A stretch of 63,740 nucleotides of DNA, the filler included, from Octopus bimaculoides (taxonomy: Eukaryota), in assembly GCF_001194135.2 (NCBI RefSeq). It is 5 parts of 4 records of this genome, joined end to end, with 100 filler letters (N's around TTAATTAATTAA, not from the genome) between each part and the next. Parts side by side here need not be neighbours in the genome. Positions count along the whole stretch, not along the records: positions 48,654 to 58,774 come from NC_068992.1; positions 58,875 to 62,638 come from NW_026374175.1; positions 62,739 to 63,740 come from NW_026344573.1; 2 more parts are not named here. One strand, given 5' to 3'. The notes below the pieces were generated by a model. It was not told where the DNA came from. It searched no databases and saw nothing but the letters and a program-made list of their open reading frames with translations. The first letter of the stretch is position 1; each line of letters begins with the position of its first letter. A program made the translations under genes and the position numbers. Shown here piece by piece: positions 52,409-63,740 of this stretch.

Positions 52409-52721
52409 NNNNNNNNNNNNNNNNNNNNNNNNNNNNNNNNNNNNNNNNNNNNNNNNNNNNNNNNNNNNNNNNNNNNNNNNNNNNNNNNNNNNNNNNNNNN
52501 NNNNNNNNNNNNNNNNNNNNNNNNNNNNNNNNNNNNNNNNNNNNNNNNNNNNNNNNNNNNNNNNNNNNNNNNNNNNNNNNNNNNNNNNNNNNNNNNNNNN
52601 NNNNNNNNNNNNNNNNNNNNNNNNNNNNNNNNNNNNNNNNNNNNNNNNNNNNNNNNNNNNNNNNNNNNNNNNNNNNNNNNNNNNNNNNNNNNNNNNNNNN
52701 NNNNNNNNNNNNNNNNNNNNN

Positions 52722-52806
<85 letters not shown>

Positions 52807-53092
52807 ATATATATTATACACACACGCAACTATCAAGTAATTTACTGCTACCCCTTCACACATCATATCGACATCTGTTAATTCTCATAAAGCTTTCGTG
52901 TGATTCTGTTGTTAGATTTCGAAGGTTAACCAAAAAATTAATACGATGGCGACACTTCCTTCTAATGTCGCAAATGGAAGGAATCACCAAACAACATAGA
53001 CTCGAGCAATATATATGCATATACATAAATAAATATATATATATGAGTGTGTGTGTGTGTCTGTGTGTATGTATGTATGTATGTATGTATGC

Positions 53093-53162
<70 letters not shown>

Positions 53163-53426
53163 TCATATATACATACATGTATATATATGTGTATATGTAT
53201 TATGGTTTTTGTTGTTGTAGCTGTTGTTGTTTATTATCTTTTTTTAATTTTGTTTTGCTCTTAGTCTCATATTGTTACCTACTTCTACGCTTAGAACTGA
53301 ATTTTAAATATCCTTTTCATATTTATTATTTCCATAATTTCATCTTACACAAACATTATATAGATGCAACAAGCGTGCACACGGATCCGTACGCACAAAC
53401 ACATAAACACACACACACACACACAT

Positions 53427-53461
<35 letters not shown>

Positions 53462-53533
53462 TACTCACGCACGCAAATACAGAAATACAAAGCGAGAACT
53501 GCATACAGTTACACACACACATACATGTGTGTG

Positions 53534-53573
<40 letters not shown>

Positions 53574-54249
53574 CACAATTATTTGTCGCAGGCAGACATG
53601 GAGGGACACATGTGAGACCGAAAGTAAATGGAATCTACTTCCGGGTCATGTCTTGTCATTAACTTCACACCGAGTCTCTGTATGGTTATAAACAATACTA
53701 TAGAAGATTTCACCAATACAGCGGGCTTCTACAGCTAGTAGTGATGGTGTCTATTCACTAAACATTGATATAATGTGGAATCCTGTTGAAAAGATATGGC
53801 CTCTGTATTCTTATCTAGTCGGCACCTACAGAATGTATCGTGGTATCAAACTATCTTTTACACTGTTTCTCACATATCTTCTTCCCCGTCCCTCTCTCTC
53901 TCTCTCTCTCTCTATCTCTATCTCTCTCTTTCTCTCTCTCTCTCTCCCTCCCTTTCTGTTAGTCTCTACCTACTCAAATATCTTCATAATGGACAATAGA
54001 TGTATGCAGTCAAAAATGTAGTCTGCCCAGTCAAATTGCACAGACTGTCTCTAATCAACATCTTAACGCATCTTATCCAACGGTAACTTCTATATGTAGT
54101 AAGTATTATCATGGAGTCTTATCCCAACAAAAAACACGATAAGCAAATCGATCACGAACGGCGAATTGAAAAACAAAAATGAAAACAACAAAAGTTAGAT
54201 GGACATACACGGTGAATATATTAGTTTGACGCTCGGTGAGAGTTTTTAG

Positions 54250-54690
54250 GATACTCTTTTACTCCTTTACTTGTTTCAGTCAATTGACTGCGGTCATGCT
54301 GGGGCACCGCCTTGAAGAATTTTTAGTAGAATGTCTCGACGACCCCAATAGTTTTCTGTTTTTAAAGCTTGATACTTATTTTATCGGTTCTTTAGCCGAA
54401 CCGCTAATTTACGGGAACGTAAACACACCGCCACCGGTTGTCCAGTGGTAGTGAGGAGACAAACACAGAAACAAACACACATATACACGCGCACGCACGC
54501 ACACATGCACACACACACACACATACATACATACATATATACATACGACGAGCTTCTTTCGGTTTCAGTCAACCAAATGCACCTGAGGCTATAGTAGAAG
54601 ACACTCGTCCAAGGTGTCACGCAGTGGGACTGAACCCCGAACCATGTGGTTTCAAAGCAAGCTTCTTACCACACAGCCACGCCTGCCCTA
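54250..54690 (-). mobile_element. Family B SINE
   Basis: Reverse-complement match. Confidence 0.75.
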
Positions 54691-55870
54691 AAACTTCTTG
54701 AGAAATATCCATCCAAAATTCATAAACTGGGTGTATTTAAAATTATAAACTGAATGTGTACATTGAACATCTCGACGCAGTGTTTGCCCAGTCAAAAACT
54801 CAATGTGGTATGTCTGGTCAACAGCTAGAAGCACTCTGTCTAATCACGTTTTATTTACCTTCTACTATATCTTGGAAACTAGTTATCCAACAAAAAATTT
54901 TAAACTCTGTGTTTACATTCAATATCTCTATATTGTGTTTTCCAGTCAAAAAGAAAACCTATAGACTATGTCTAGTCAAAATCTAAAAGCACTCTATCTA
55001 ATCTCGTTCGCATTTCCAGGCAGTGTCTATCTATCAGTTTCCAGACGATGTCTATGTAACAATTACAAGCTATGACTACCCTAGGCTCAGTATCTCTATC
55101 TATATGCAATGTTGTTCTAGTAAGTATATATATTGTCTCCCAGTTGTTAATATTTAGGACAACGTTTATATATAAATTCAACATTTACAAACTTTTTTTG
55201 TTTATGTTTTGTTTTTGGTTTTTGGTTTTTGGGGGGGTTTTTTCAGAGGAAAAAAAAACATTCATTTTACTTTGCGTGGTTTAGTCATTTTTTTTTTAAA
55301 ACTAAAATACTAAACATTTACTTGTTTTCTATGCAAACTACCTAAGAGATAAAACCTAAGTCTGATTGGTTTTACACCACAGACAATAACAGTTGTTTTA
55401 AAATTCTGCACGAACAGGTCCACTACAATTTGTGTTGTTTTTCTTTTTTCTCTATTTAGTAATGGCAACAAATTTGAGTGAAAAATATAAATAAACCATA
55501 AAATTTACTAACTAGAAAAATAATGGTTTCTTAGAAATAAAATTGGAAAATTGACTTTGGCAAATGATGTAAGAACAGAGATGGCTATTGGCATCACGAA
55601 ATATCTATTTAGTAGCGGGATGGGAATGCCATCTCTTCGACGTTTGTAAATTCCTATTTCATTTTTGCTTTCGTTTGCTTTTTCCTATTTTTGTTTCTTT
55701 TTATTTATTCATTTATTTATTTATTTATTTGTATCCTTTTACAAACCGAAAACAACCATCAAATTCAAATAAATGAAAATGGCGGAAAGCATGAAACATA
55801 TTCCGCCATTTTAAATTTAGGTTTAGTCAGGATCAGCTCGACCATTATCATTGTTACAACCACAAATCTC

Positions 55871-55919
<49 letters not shown>

Positions 55920-56061
55920 CAAACATCGCTATCACTACAGCTATCACCATCACGATTAGCACCATCATCAGTAACAACAACATCATATCCAAGAACAATG
56001 AGCCAACCAGGAAGCCTCTACGGAAACCAAGAAAACTATTTATTACTGGTAAGTATGCCTG

Positions 56062-56372
56062 TACGAGGTGCGTTCAAAATGTATTGAATATTAGCTTTTC
56101 TCGCCAAACCTAATGCCGCGTGCGTAAAATCCTTTGGATGGCCGGTGACACCACCCTTCCTGCGTATGCGTGAAAATTTTCAAGCCGGTAGGCCGTATCA
56201 GTTTCTAGATATTACGCCTAAAGTTCAGGCATGTATGCGCGCTCGTTGGTATTTTGTTTTCACGCAAGATGACCGAACGCATCGGACAGATGTAACGCTG
56301 AACTGTATCTTTGACTCCCGTGGTATTGTGCATCAGGAATACTTACCACAAGGCCAAACAATCAATAAGGAA
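56062..56372 (+). mobile_element. Internally deleted mariner element (5' TIR plus catalytic-domain piece)
   Basis: TA|cgaggtgcgttcaaaa TIR, then FDSRGIVHQEYLPQGQTINKEY, typical of mariner DD34D transposases. Confidence 0.8.
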
Positions 56373-56865
56373 TATTTTTTCTACTCTAGGCACAAGGCCC
56401 GAAAATTTTGATGATGGGGCTAGTCGATTAGATCGACCCCAGTGCGCAACTGGTACTTAATTTATCAACCCCGAAAGGATGAAAGGCAAAGTCGACCTTA
56501 ATAACAATAATTGCAGTTATTAATAAATAGCATTACGCTGGTAATGGTTGTGGTGGTGGTGGTGGTGGTGGTGGTGGTGCTGCTGNNNNNNNNNNNNNNN
56601 NNNNNNNNNNNNNNNNNNNNNNNNNNNNNNNNNNNNNNNNNNNNNNNNNNNNNNNNNNNNNNNNNNNNNNNNNNNNNNNNNNNNNNNNNNNNNNNNNNNN
56701 NNNNNNNNNNNNNNNNNNNNNNNNNNNNNNNNNNNNNNNNNNNNNNNNNNNNNNNNNNNNNNNNNNNNNNNNNNNNNNNNNNNNNNNNNNNNNNNNNNNN
56801 GGGAGTTAATTAGTGTGGATGGTGTTGGTGGCAGCATCGACGACTACGACGACGAGGACGACGGA

Positions 56866-56960
56866 GAAGAAGAAGAAGAAGAAGAAGAAGAAGAAGAAGA
56901 AGAAGAAGAAGAAGAAGAAGAAGAAGAAGAAGAAGAAGAAGAAGAAGAAGAAGAAAAAGA
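56866..56960. repeat. (GAA)n microsatellite
   Basis: Seen directly. Confidence 0.95.
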
Positions 56961-57422
56961 AGGGAAAGAGGAATTATGAAAGTGATGAGGAGGTGGAGGA
57001 TAAGGCTGATGACGATGACAATGACGATGATGGTCATTGTTTTGAAGAAAGATTATGACTTCAGTGAGAGGAGAGAAAGGGAGTGAGAGAGAGGGGAGAA
57101 GAAAGAGAGTGAGTAAGAGAGAAAGAAGAAGAGAGAGAGAGAGAAAAGGTAAGCGTCATTTTAGAGGGTAAGGTTGAGGGAAAGGCGGGTCCTGCAGAAT
57201 TGTATTGTGCTTGAAAATATATAAACGGGAAACGCAGATGCATTGTGGGAATGGTCTTTAGTTGTTGGCAGTTAATCAATGCAACCACGTCTCCGAAACG
57301 ACGAAGTTTTATTAAACATAATAAGTTTTAATGAAAATTCACAGATGCCAAATTAAAATCATTTTCTCGATGAAAATGTTGGCAATTTCTATTAAATGAC
57401 TCATTGATTAATTGATTATTAA

Positions 57423-57453
<31 letters not shown>

Positions 57454-57525
57454 GGTTTAACCCAAATCAATCACGATTGAGCAAGCCCATGATCAAAGAC
57501 GTTTCGGCCGTGACCATCTCGCCCA

Positions 57526-57925
57526 GGAGTGGCTGAGTGGTAAGTAGCTTGCTTACCAGCCACATGGTTCCGGGTTCAGTCCTACTGCGTGGAATCTTGG
57601 GCAAATATCTTCTACTATAGCCTCGGGCCGACCAAAGCCTTGTGAGTGGATTTGGTAGACGGAAACTGAAAGAAGCCCGTCGTATATATGTATATATATA
57701 TGTGTGTGTGTGTGTGTTTGTGTGTCTGTGTTTGTCCCTCTAGCATTGCTTGACAAACGATGCTGGTGTGTTTATATCCCCGTCACTTAGCGGTTCGGCA
57801 AAGAGACCGATAGAATAAGTACTAGGCTTACAAAGAATAAGTCCTGGGGTCGATTTGCTCGACTAAAGGTGGTGCTCCAGCATGACCGCAGTCAAATGAC
57901 TGAAACAAGTAAAAGAGTAAAGAGT
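57526..57925 (+). mobile_element. Full-length tRNA-derived SINE (family B, CORE-like domain, internal TA/TG microsatellite)
   Basis: Head ggagtggctgagtggtaag...ggttcagtcc, then cttgggcaa.tgtcttctactatagcc, and tail cagtcaaatgactgaaacaagtaaaagag. Confidence 0.85.
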
Positions 57926-58298
57926 ATCCATGATATCATTAATCTATGTATACGTATTCTTCTTTATTTATTTATTCATTTGCTCTTTTGGAGTGTGGCG
58001 TATTTTCAAAACGTTAGATCAAGCATAGGCGACTTCGAGAAACGGGCCGCATGAGACAAGGTTCGTCATCAGGCGGGCCGCACTACTAAAATAAAACTCA
58101 AGGCAGGGCGTGCCATGGACAGCAGTTTTCCCATGACTGCTGTAATGTGATTTAAAGGAAACTTGGATATTATTTCTAGCAGGTCAAGCGATCATACAGA
58201 TGGCAGATACTCCCTAACTGGTTCAATGGAATCGTTAAGAAAGAAATTCTTCACTTTATTGTCATTCGGCGGTCAAGATTGTGCTGTTCAAGTTATTT

Positions 58299-58774
58299 TC
58301 TACTCTAGGCACAAGGCTCGAAATTTTGGCGGGAGGGAGCCAGTAGATTAAATCGACCCCAGTACTCAGCTGGTACTTAATTTATCGATCCCGAAAGGAT
58401 GAAAGGCAAAGTCGACCTCGGCGGAATTTGAACTCAGAACGTAGAGGCAAACGAAACACCGCTAAGCATTTAACCCGGCGTGCTAACGTTCCTGCCATCT
58501 CGCCACCTTTTCTATTCTAGGCACAAGGCCTGAAATTTGGGGGAAGGGAGCCAGTCGATTAGATTGACCCAAGTACACAACTGGTACTTAATTTATCGAC
58601 CCCGAAAGGATGAAAGGCAAAGTCGACCTCGGCGGAATTTGAACTCAGAACGTAAAGACAGACGAAATACCGCTAAGCATTTAAACCAACGTGCTAACGT
58701 TCCTGCCATCTCGCCACCTTTTCTATTCTAGGCACAAGGCCTGAAATTTGGGGGAAGGGAGCCAGTCGATTAGA
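58299..58774 (-). repeat. Tandem array of SINE family C units, period 211-212 bp, running into the gap
   Basis: Units start at 58299, 58511 and 58722. Confidence 0.85.
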
Positions 58775-58874
58775 NNNNNNNNNNNNNNNNNNNNNNNNNN
58801 NNNNNNNNNNNNNNNNNNTTAATTAATTAANNNNNNNNNNNNNNNNNNNNNNNNNNNNNNNNNNNNNNNNNNNN
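58775..58874. other. Artificial scaffold-join spacer
   Basis: Same layout; 12-mer at 58819-58830. Confidence 0.95.
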
Positions 58875-59122
58875 TAAAAAAAAATGAGTGAATTATATTT
58901 CTTTATATATCACCACTTGTTCTTTCCCTTACCCAGCTCCTCGTTTTTAAATTCCCTTATGTTTGTTTGTGCCGTTTTATATACGCAAAAGAACTCATTA
59001 TATTCGGAATTTTCGAAAATCTAGTCTTCTCTGATGAGGTGATAGTAGATACATAACGGCCAATTTGTAAAGGAATGTTGAATAGAATATGATGTTGTTA
59101 CATCAGATTTATTTATTTGTTG

Positions 59123-59154
<32 letters not shown>

Positions 59155-59643
59155 TCACTTATTGGGTTATTTCTTCGTTTTTTAATTTTGGATTTCTTTC
59201 GTTGAATAATCAAACTATCTATTAATGCGTGCACATGCATACGCACGCAGAGGCACACACAAACACACACACACATACACAGACATATTTGGGGATAAAC
59301 ATGTGTATGTGTGAGTATATATATATATGTGTGTGTGTATGTCTGTGTATATATATATGTGTGTGTATGCGTATATATATATATATGTATATATATGTAT
59401 ATATATTCTTTTATTCTTTTACTTGTTTCAGTCATTTGACTGGGGCCATGCTGGAGCACCAACTTGAAGGGTTTCACTCGAACAGATCGATCACAGAACT
59501 TATTCTTTACAAGCCTTGTATTTATTCTATCACTCTCTTTTGTCGAACCACTAAGTTGCGAGGAGGTAGGCACACTAACATCGGCTGGAGGTATAAACAC
59601 AGATACACAAATATATACCTACATATATATGTGTGTGTGTATC

Positions 59644-59684
<41 letters not shown>

Positions 59685-59859
59685 ATACATATGTATATAA
59701 GTATATATACATATGAATATATACATACGTATATATATAAACATATACGTATGAATATATATACGTATATATATACATATATATATATGTATATATATAC
59801 ATATATATATATATGTATATATACATATATATGTATATATATACGTATATATATACATA

Positions 59860-59898
<39 letters not shown>

Positions 59899-60006
59899 NN
59901 NNNNNNNNNNNNNNNNNNNNNNNNNNNNNNNNNNNNNNNNNNNNNNNNNNNNNNNNNNNNNNNNNNNNNNNNNNNNNNNNNNNNNNNNNNNNNNNNNNNN
60001 NNNNNN

Positions 60007-60089
<83 letters not shown>
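60007..60089. repeat. (GATA)n microsatellite
   Basis: Seen directly. Confidence 0.95.
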
Positions 60090-60689
60090 TGTATATTATA
60101 TACAAATGAGAAGGCGATACTTTTCAGAACACAAAGTTGCCGTTAGAACATCAGAAATATAGACGTTTATGCCATGAATGTCTAAATTCAACAGTGTCTT
60201 CTGTTATAGCCCCAGGCCGACCAAAATTTTGTGAGAAGCTGAAGAAAGCCCATCGTAATGTACAAGCCGAAAGGTAATACATACATACATATACTATATT
60301 TGTGTGTGTAAAGTCTATTTACCAGCGCAAAGTGACAATTCCACTCAAGACGATGTTACTACATTTTTAGCCTCAAGAAAACATCTTTCCCAGCTTGTTA
60401 ACGACGGAGTTTATTTCTCTTTTTCTAGCCTTAGCGATACCTGTAGACCAATGGTTTCTGTGTGATTTCCGCTCCTCAGTACAGGGCAATCGCCGGCTAG
60501 AAATAGCAGCCATTCGTCCGTGCTCACAGATATAATTTTAAAGCGACACACAGCCGCTGATCTCTCAAAGAGAAAAACAACTGGTTTTCAATCTCTGAGC
60601 GAGAAGTGTATAGCAATATTTATACACAAGTATAGATACACCTACACACACGTACGTATGCACATTCACACACATTGGACGCAACGTAT

Positions 60690-61960
60690 GCAGAATCTCA
60701 CACATCAATAATGTGTACACATGTTGGTCATGATACATACAGATACAAACAAATGCACAATGATGCACTTACACACGTGCATTTAGACACACACACACGC
60801 ATATACAAACACATATACTCACACATACATACACACACTAATAAAGAGCAAGTAGATTCGGTCATACACACAACACCTCGAACAGATACTCAAATTATCA
60901 TTTGAGAATTGAGAACTGTTAAAGATGAATATTCATGGATGTAACTTAATGTATTCATACACACACACACGCGCGCATACACACAAACACACGCATACAC
61001 ACACATACACACACAACCACACACACACACGCATATACACTTACACACTTACAAACACCCAAATACACACGCACACACGCAGGCACACAGGCATGCACAC
61101 ACACACTCACACACACACACACACACACATACACACATACTCACACGCATACACACACAATCACACACACACACACACGCATATACAAGCACACACTCAC
61201 AAACACCCATATATACACGCACACACGCACGCACACAGGCATTCACACACACACACGTACACACAAAATCACACACACACGCATACACACACACACATTC
61301 ATACACACAAACACATATACGCCTACGTACTCATACATAAACGTATATGAAATACACACACGCCAATACAGTAATACCCAAAAAGAGACATGCATGCACA
61401 CACATACATGAATACAAACTCAAACATATTTAAATGCAAACACACACACACAAACAAATACAAATGCAAACATACATACACACACACACACGCACACACA
61501 CACACACACCAACACCTACGCCAGCACACATGCAAATTTAGACACTGACACGAATACACATGCAACCTACATGCTAAAACACACTCATACAATCACACAC
61601 GTCAACATATACGTCAGCATACAAGCAAATACACAAGTAGACACACACGCACACATGCACACACACAAGCACACGGCACACACACATACACACACACAAA
61701 CGAATGTATATGTTTGTGTACAAGCAAATACACAAGGCGAGACACACGCGAACTTGCACACACACACACACATGCACAAACGAATGCAAACGCCAGAATA
61801 CGAGCAAATAAACACGGAGACACGTACGTACACATATACTCAGGCACACGCATACACAAGCGAATGCATACGCCAACAGACTCACCAGCAAACACACATT
61901 CCAACATATTCGGTGTCGAACCGCACACCGACACGTGCAACCACAGACAGACATCGTAAA
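60690..61960. repeat. Long cryptically simple CA-rich tract
   Basis: Degenerate (CA)n with recurring caagcaaatacacaag and acaaacgaatgca motifs. Confidence 0.85.
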
Positions 61961-62274
61961 TACGCACATTGAAAGCGAAAACCGCAACAAACAACAAATG
62001 AAAAGTCATTAACACATCAGTTGTTTTAATGCTTCTCACCTCTATTTTGAGGATTGTGAAATGTGACAATCATTGCCAACACTCTGGACATTGACATAAA
62101 GCATTCACACTTAATACACACACACACACAATATATATATATATATACACAGCCATACACGTATATACGCATAACACATCACAGATTCAATGAACAGAAG
62201 TGGCATTCCGTCGGTTACGACGATAAATGTTCCATTTGATCCGATCAACGAAACAGCATCCATTCGGTTCTCAT

Positions 62275-62470
62275 TGTGCCTCGTGGCACTTGAGGCGAGA
62301 ACAAAGATCATTCTAGCTTCCAACACTGAAAGCGTTCTTTGACAGCTTGTTCCATTGTTAACCCTTCTGCTTTTAAGATCTTCTGCTATTGTTCTACGCC
62401 ACGTTTCTTTTGGTCGGCAACGTCTTCTTTTTTTCTCTGGAACCCATTGCAAAGCGATCCTGACAATTGA
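62275..62470 (-). mobile_element. RTE-type LINE 3' fragment (different subfamily)
   Basis: ALQWVPEKKRRRCRPKETWRRTIAEDLK...ASSATRHNEN. Confidence 0.7.
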
Positions 62471-62638
62471 GTTCGATTTCTAGCAACAAACTCGACCCAG
62501 CCAATTCAATGTCCTTCCTTCAATACTTTATGTTACTGGTTTCACGTTAGCCTTGGTGTCTCGAAACCGTGGAGGCGCAATGGCCCAGTGGTTAGGGCAG
62601 CGGACTCGGGGTCATAGGATCGCGGTTTCGATTCCTAC

Positions 62639-62738
62639 NNNNNNNNNNNNNNNNNNNNNNNNNNNNNNNNNNNNNNNNNNNNTTAATTAATTAANNNNNN
62701 NNNNNNNNNNNNNNNNNNNNNNNNNNNNNNNNNNNNNN
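62639..62738. other. Artificial scaffold-join spacer
   Basis: Same layout; 12-mer at 62683-62694. Confidence 0.95.
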
Positions 62739-62973
62739 CCGTTATCTACCTTCCTCCTCCTCCTCCTCCTTTATCGTTTCTATCAACCCACAACAATTCC
62801 GCTTCGTATCATCGCCTCCCACTCCATCGCTCTACCTCCTGTTACTCCTACTGCTGCACCTCTCGACCAATCTCTAACTTAGCTATACACATACACAAAT
62901 ATCAGCCATTGAAAGCTAAACTTATTAACGATGGAGGCTTTAATGTTTGGCTTTCAACCATTCTCTCTGGTCT

Positions 62974-63025
<52 letters not shown>

Positions 63026-63514
63026 ATCTCTCTCTCTCTCTCTCTCTGACACACTATCCTACTCTATCCTTCATTCCGTCTGTATATCCCCGTGTCTCAC
63101 TCTCTCTCCCCCTCTCTCGTGTTTTTCTTTTCCTATTCTGTGTTTCTAACACATATTCTTTCTATCTTTCCTTCTATCTATCTATCTATCTATCTACCTA
63201 GACAGGGAGATTGAGGTAGAAAGAGTTGTACTCGTACTGGGTTGGTTCTCATCTACACTTGGGTAGATTGGAGTAAAAATAAACGAAATATTTTGCTACC
63301 CACCCCAGGAATTCAACACACAACTTAAAGATCGAGACCGGAACGCTCTAACCATTGGGCCATGCGCCTTCGCCCCTCAATACCTACTACACAACATGTT
63401 ATGTTGTAAATCTGTGGTTTTCAACCAGAGCCCACATGACCTTAATCGCGTAAGACCTAGTAGAACAAAGGCATTGCAGATTTGACCACCAAGAATATAT
63501 ATATTTATATATAT

Positions 63515-63725
63515 TTATTTACTTGTTTCAGTCATTTGACTGCGGCCATGCTGGAGCACCGCCTTTAGTCGAACAAATCGACCCCAGGACTTATTCTTTG
63601 TAAGCCTAGTACTTATTCTATCGGTGTCGTTTTTTGCCGAACCGCTAAGTTACGGGGACGTAAACACACAAATATCGGTTGTTAAACGATGGTGGTGGGG
63701 GGAGGTACGAACACAGATACAGAAG
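63515..63725 (-). mobile_element. Family B SINE 3' half
   Basis: ttttacttgtttcagtcatttgactgcggccatgctggagcaccgcc... Confidence 0.75.
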
Positions 63726-63740
63726 AAGGACAGCGAGGAG

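Noticed and set aside
53630-53650. ETS-type motif (ACTTCCGG) as a promoter hint
   Set aside because: A single short motif with no adjacent CpG island or first exon.
59031-59062. CTGATGAG hammerhead-like start; similar partial motifs at 18130-18180 (-) and 21965-22010 (+)
   Set aside because: The GAAA element and/or stem I are absent, so they cannot be supported.
62569-62637. tRNA-like sequence (also 16690-16763 and 63300-63375 on the minus strand)
   Set aside because: These are SINE heads: A/B boxes are present, but there is no complete acceptor stem or cloverleaf, and the 16.7-kb copy continues into a SINE body.
59-63201. Most ORFs in the supplied track (YI, CV, HT, poly-I/E/K and X-run peptides)
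   Set aside because: They are translations of microsatellites or N gaps.

Overview
AT-rich, gap-riddled animal genomic DNA. The repeat families and microsatellite load point to an octopod cephalopod, probably Octopus (inference). It is mostly intronic or intergenic: microsatellites, several tRNA-derived SINE families, and fragments of RTE, R4/Dong and Penelope-like (PLE) retroelements. It also holds mariner, hAT and Helentron-type non-autonomous DNA elements. Only one host coding exon is recognisable: the terminal exon of TSEN54 (tRNA-splicing endonuclease subunit Sen54), + strand, 45407-45560. Four artificial 100-bp spacers (44N-TTAATTAATTAA-44N) split the window into separately assembled pieces. 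Almost all ORFs in the supplied track are artefacts of microsatellites or N runs. The most notable structure is a 390-bp fold-back element at 12337-12726. It has ~105-bp inverted arms and a 9-bp target-site duplication, and carries an apparently intact minimal type I hammerhead ribozyme on the minus strand. Three decayed hammerhead-like motifs and two further PLE-type fold-backs occur elsewhere. All alignments and family assignments were made by eye from memory of consensus motifs; no searches were run.
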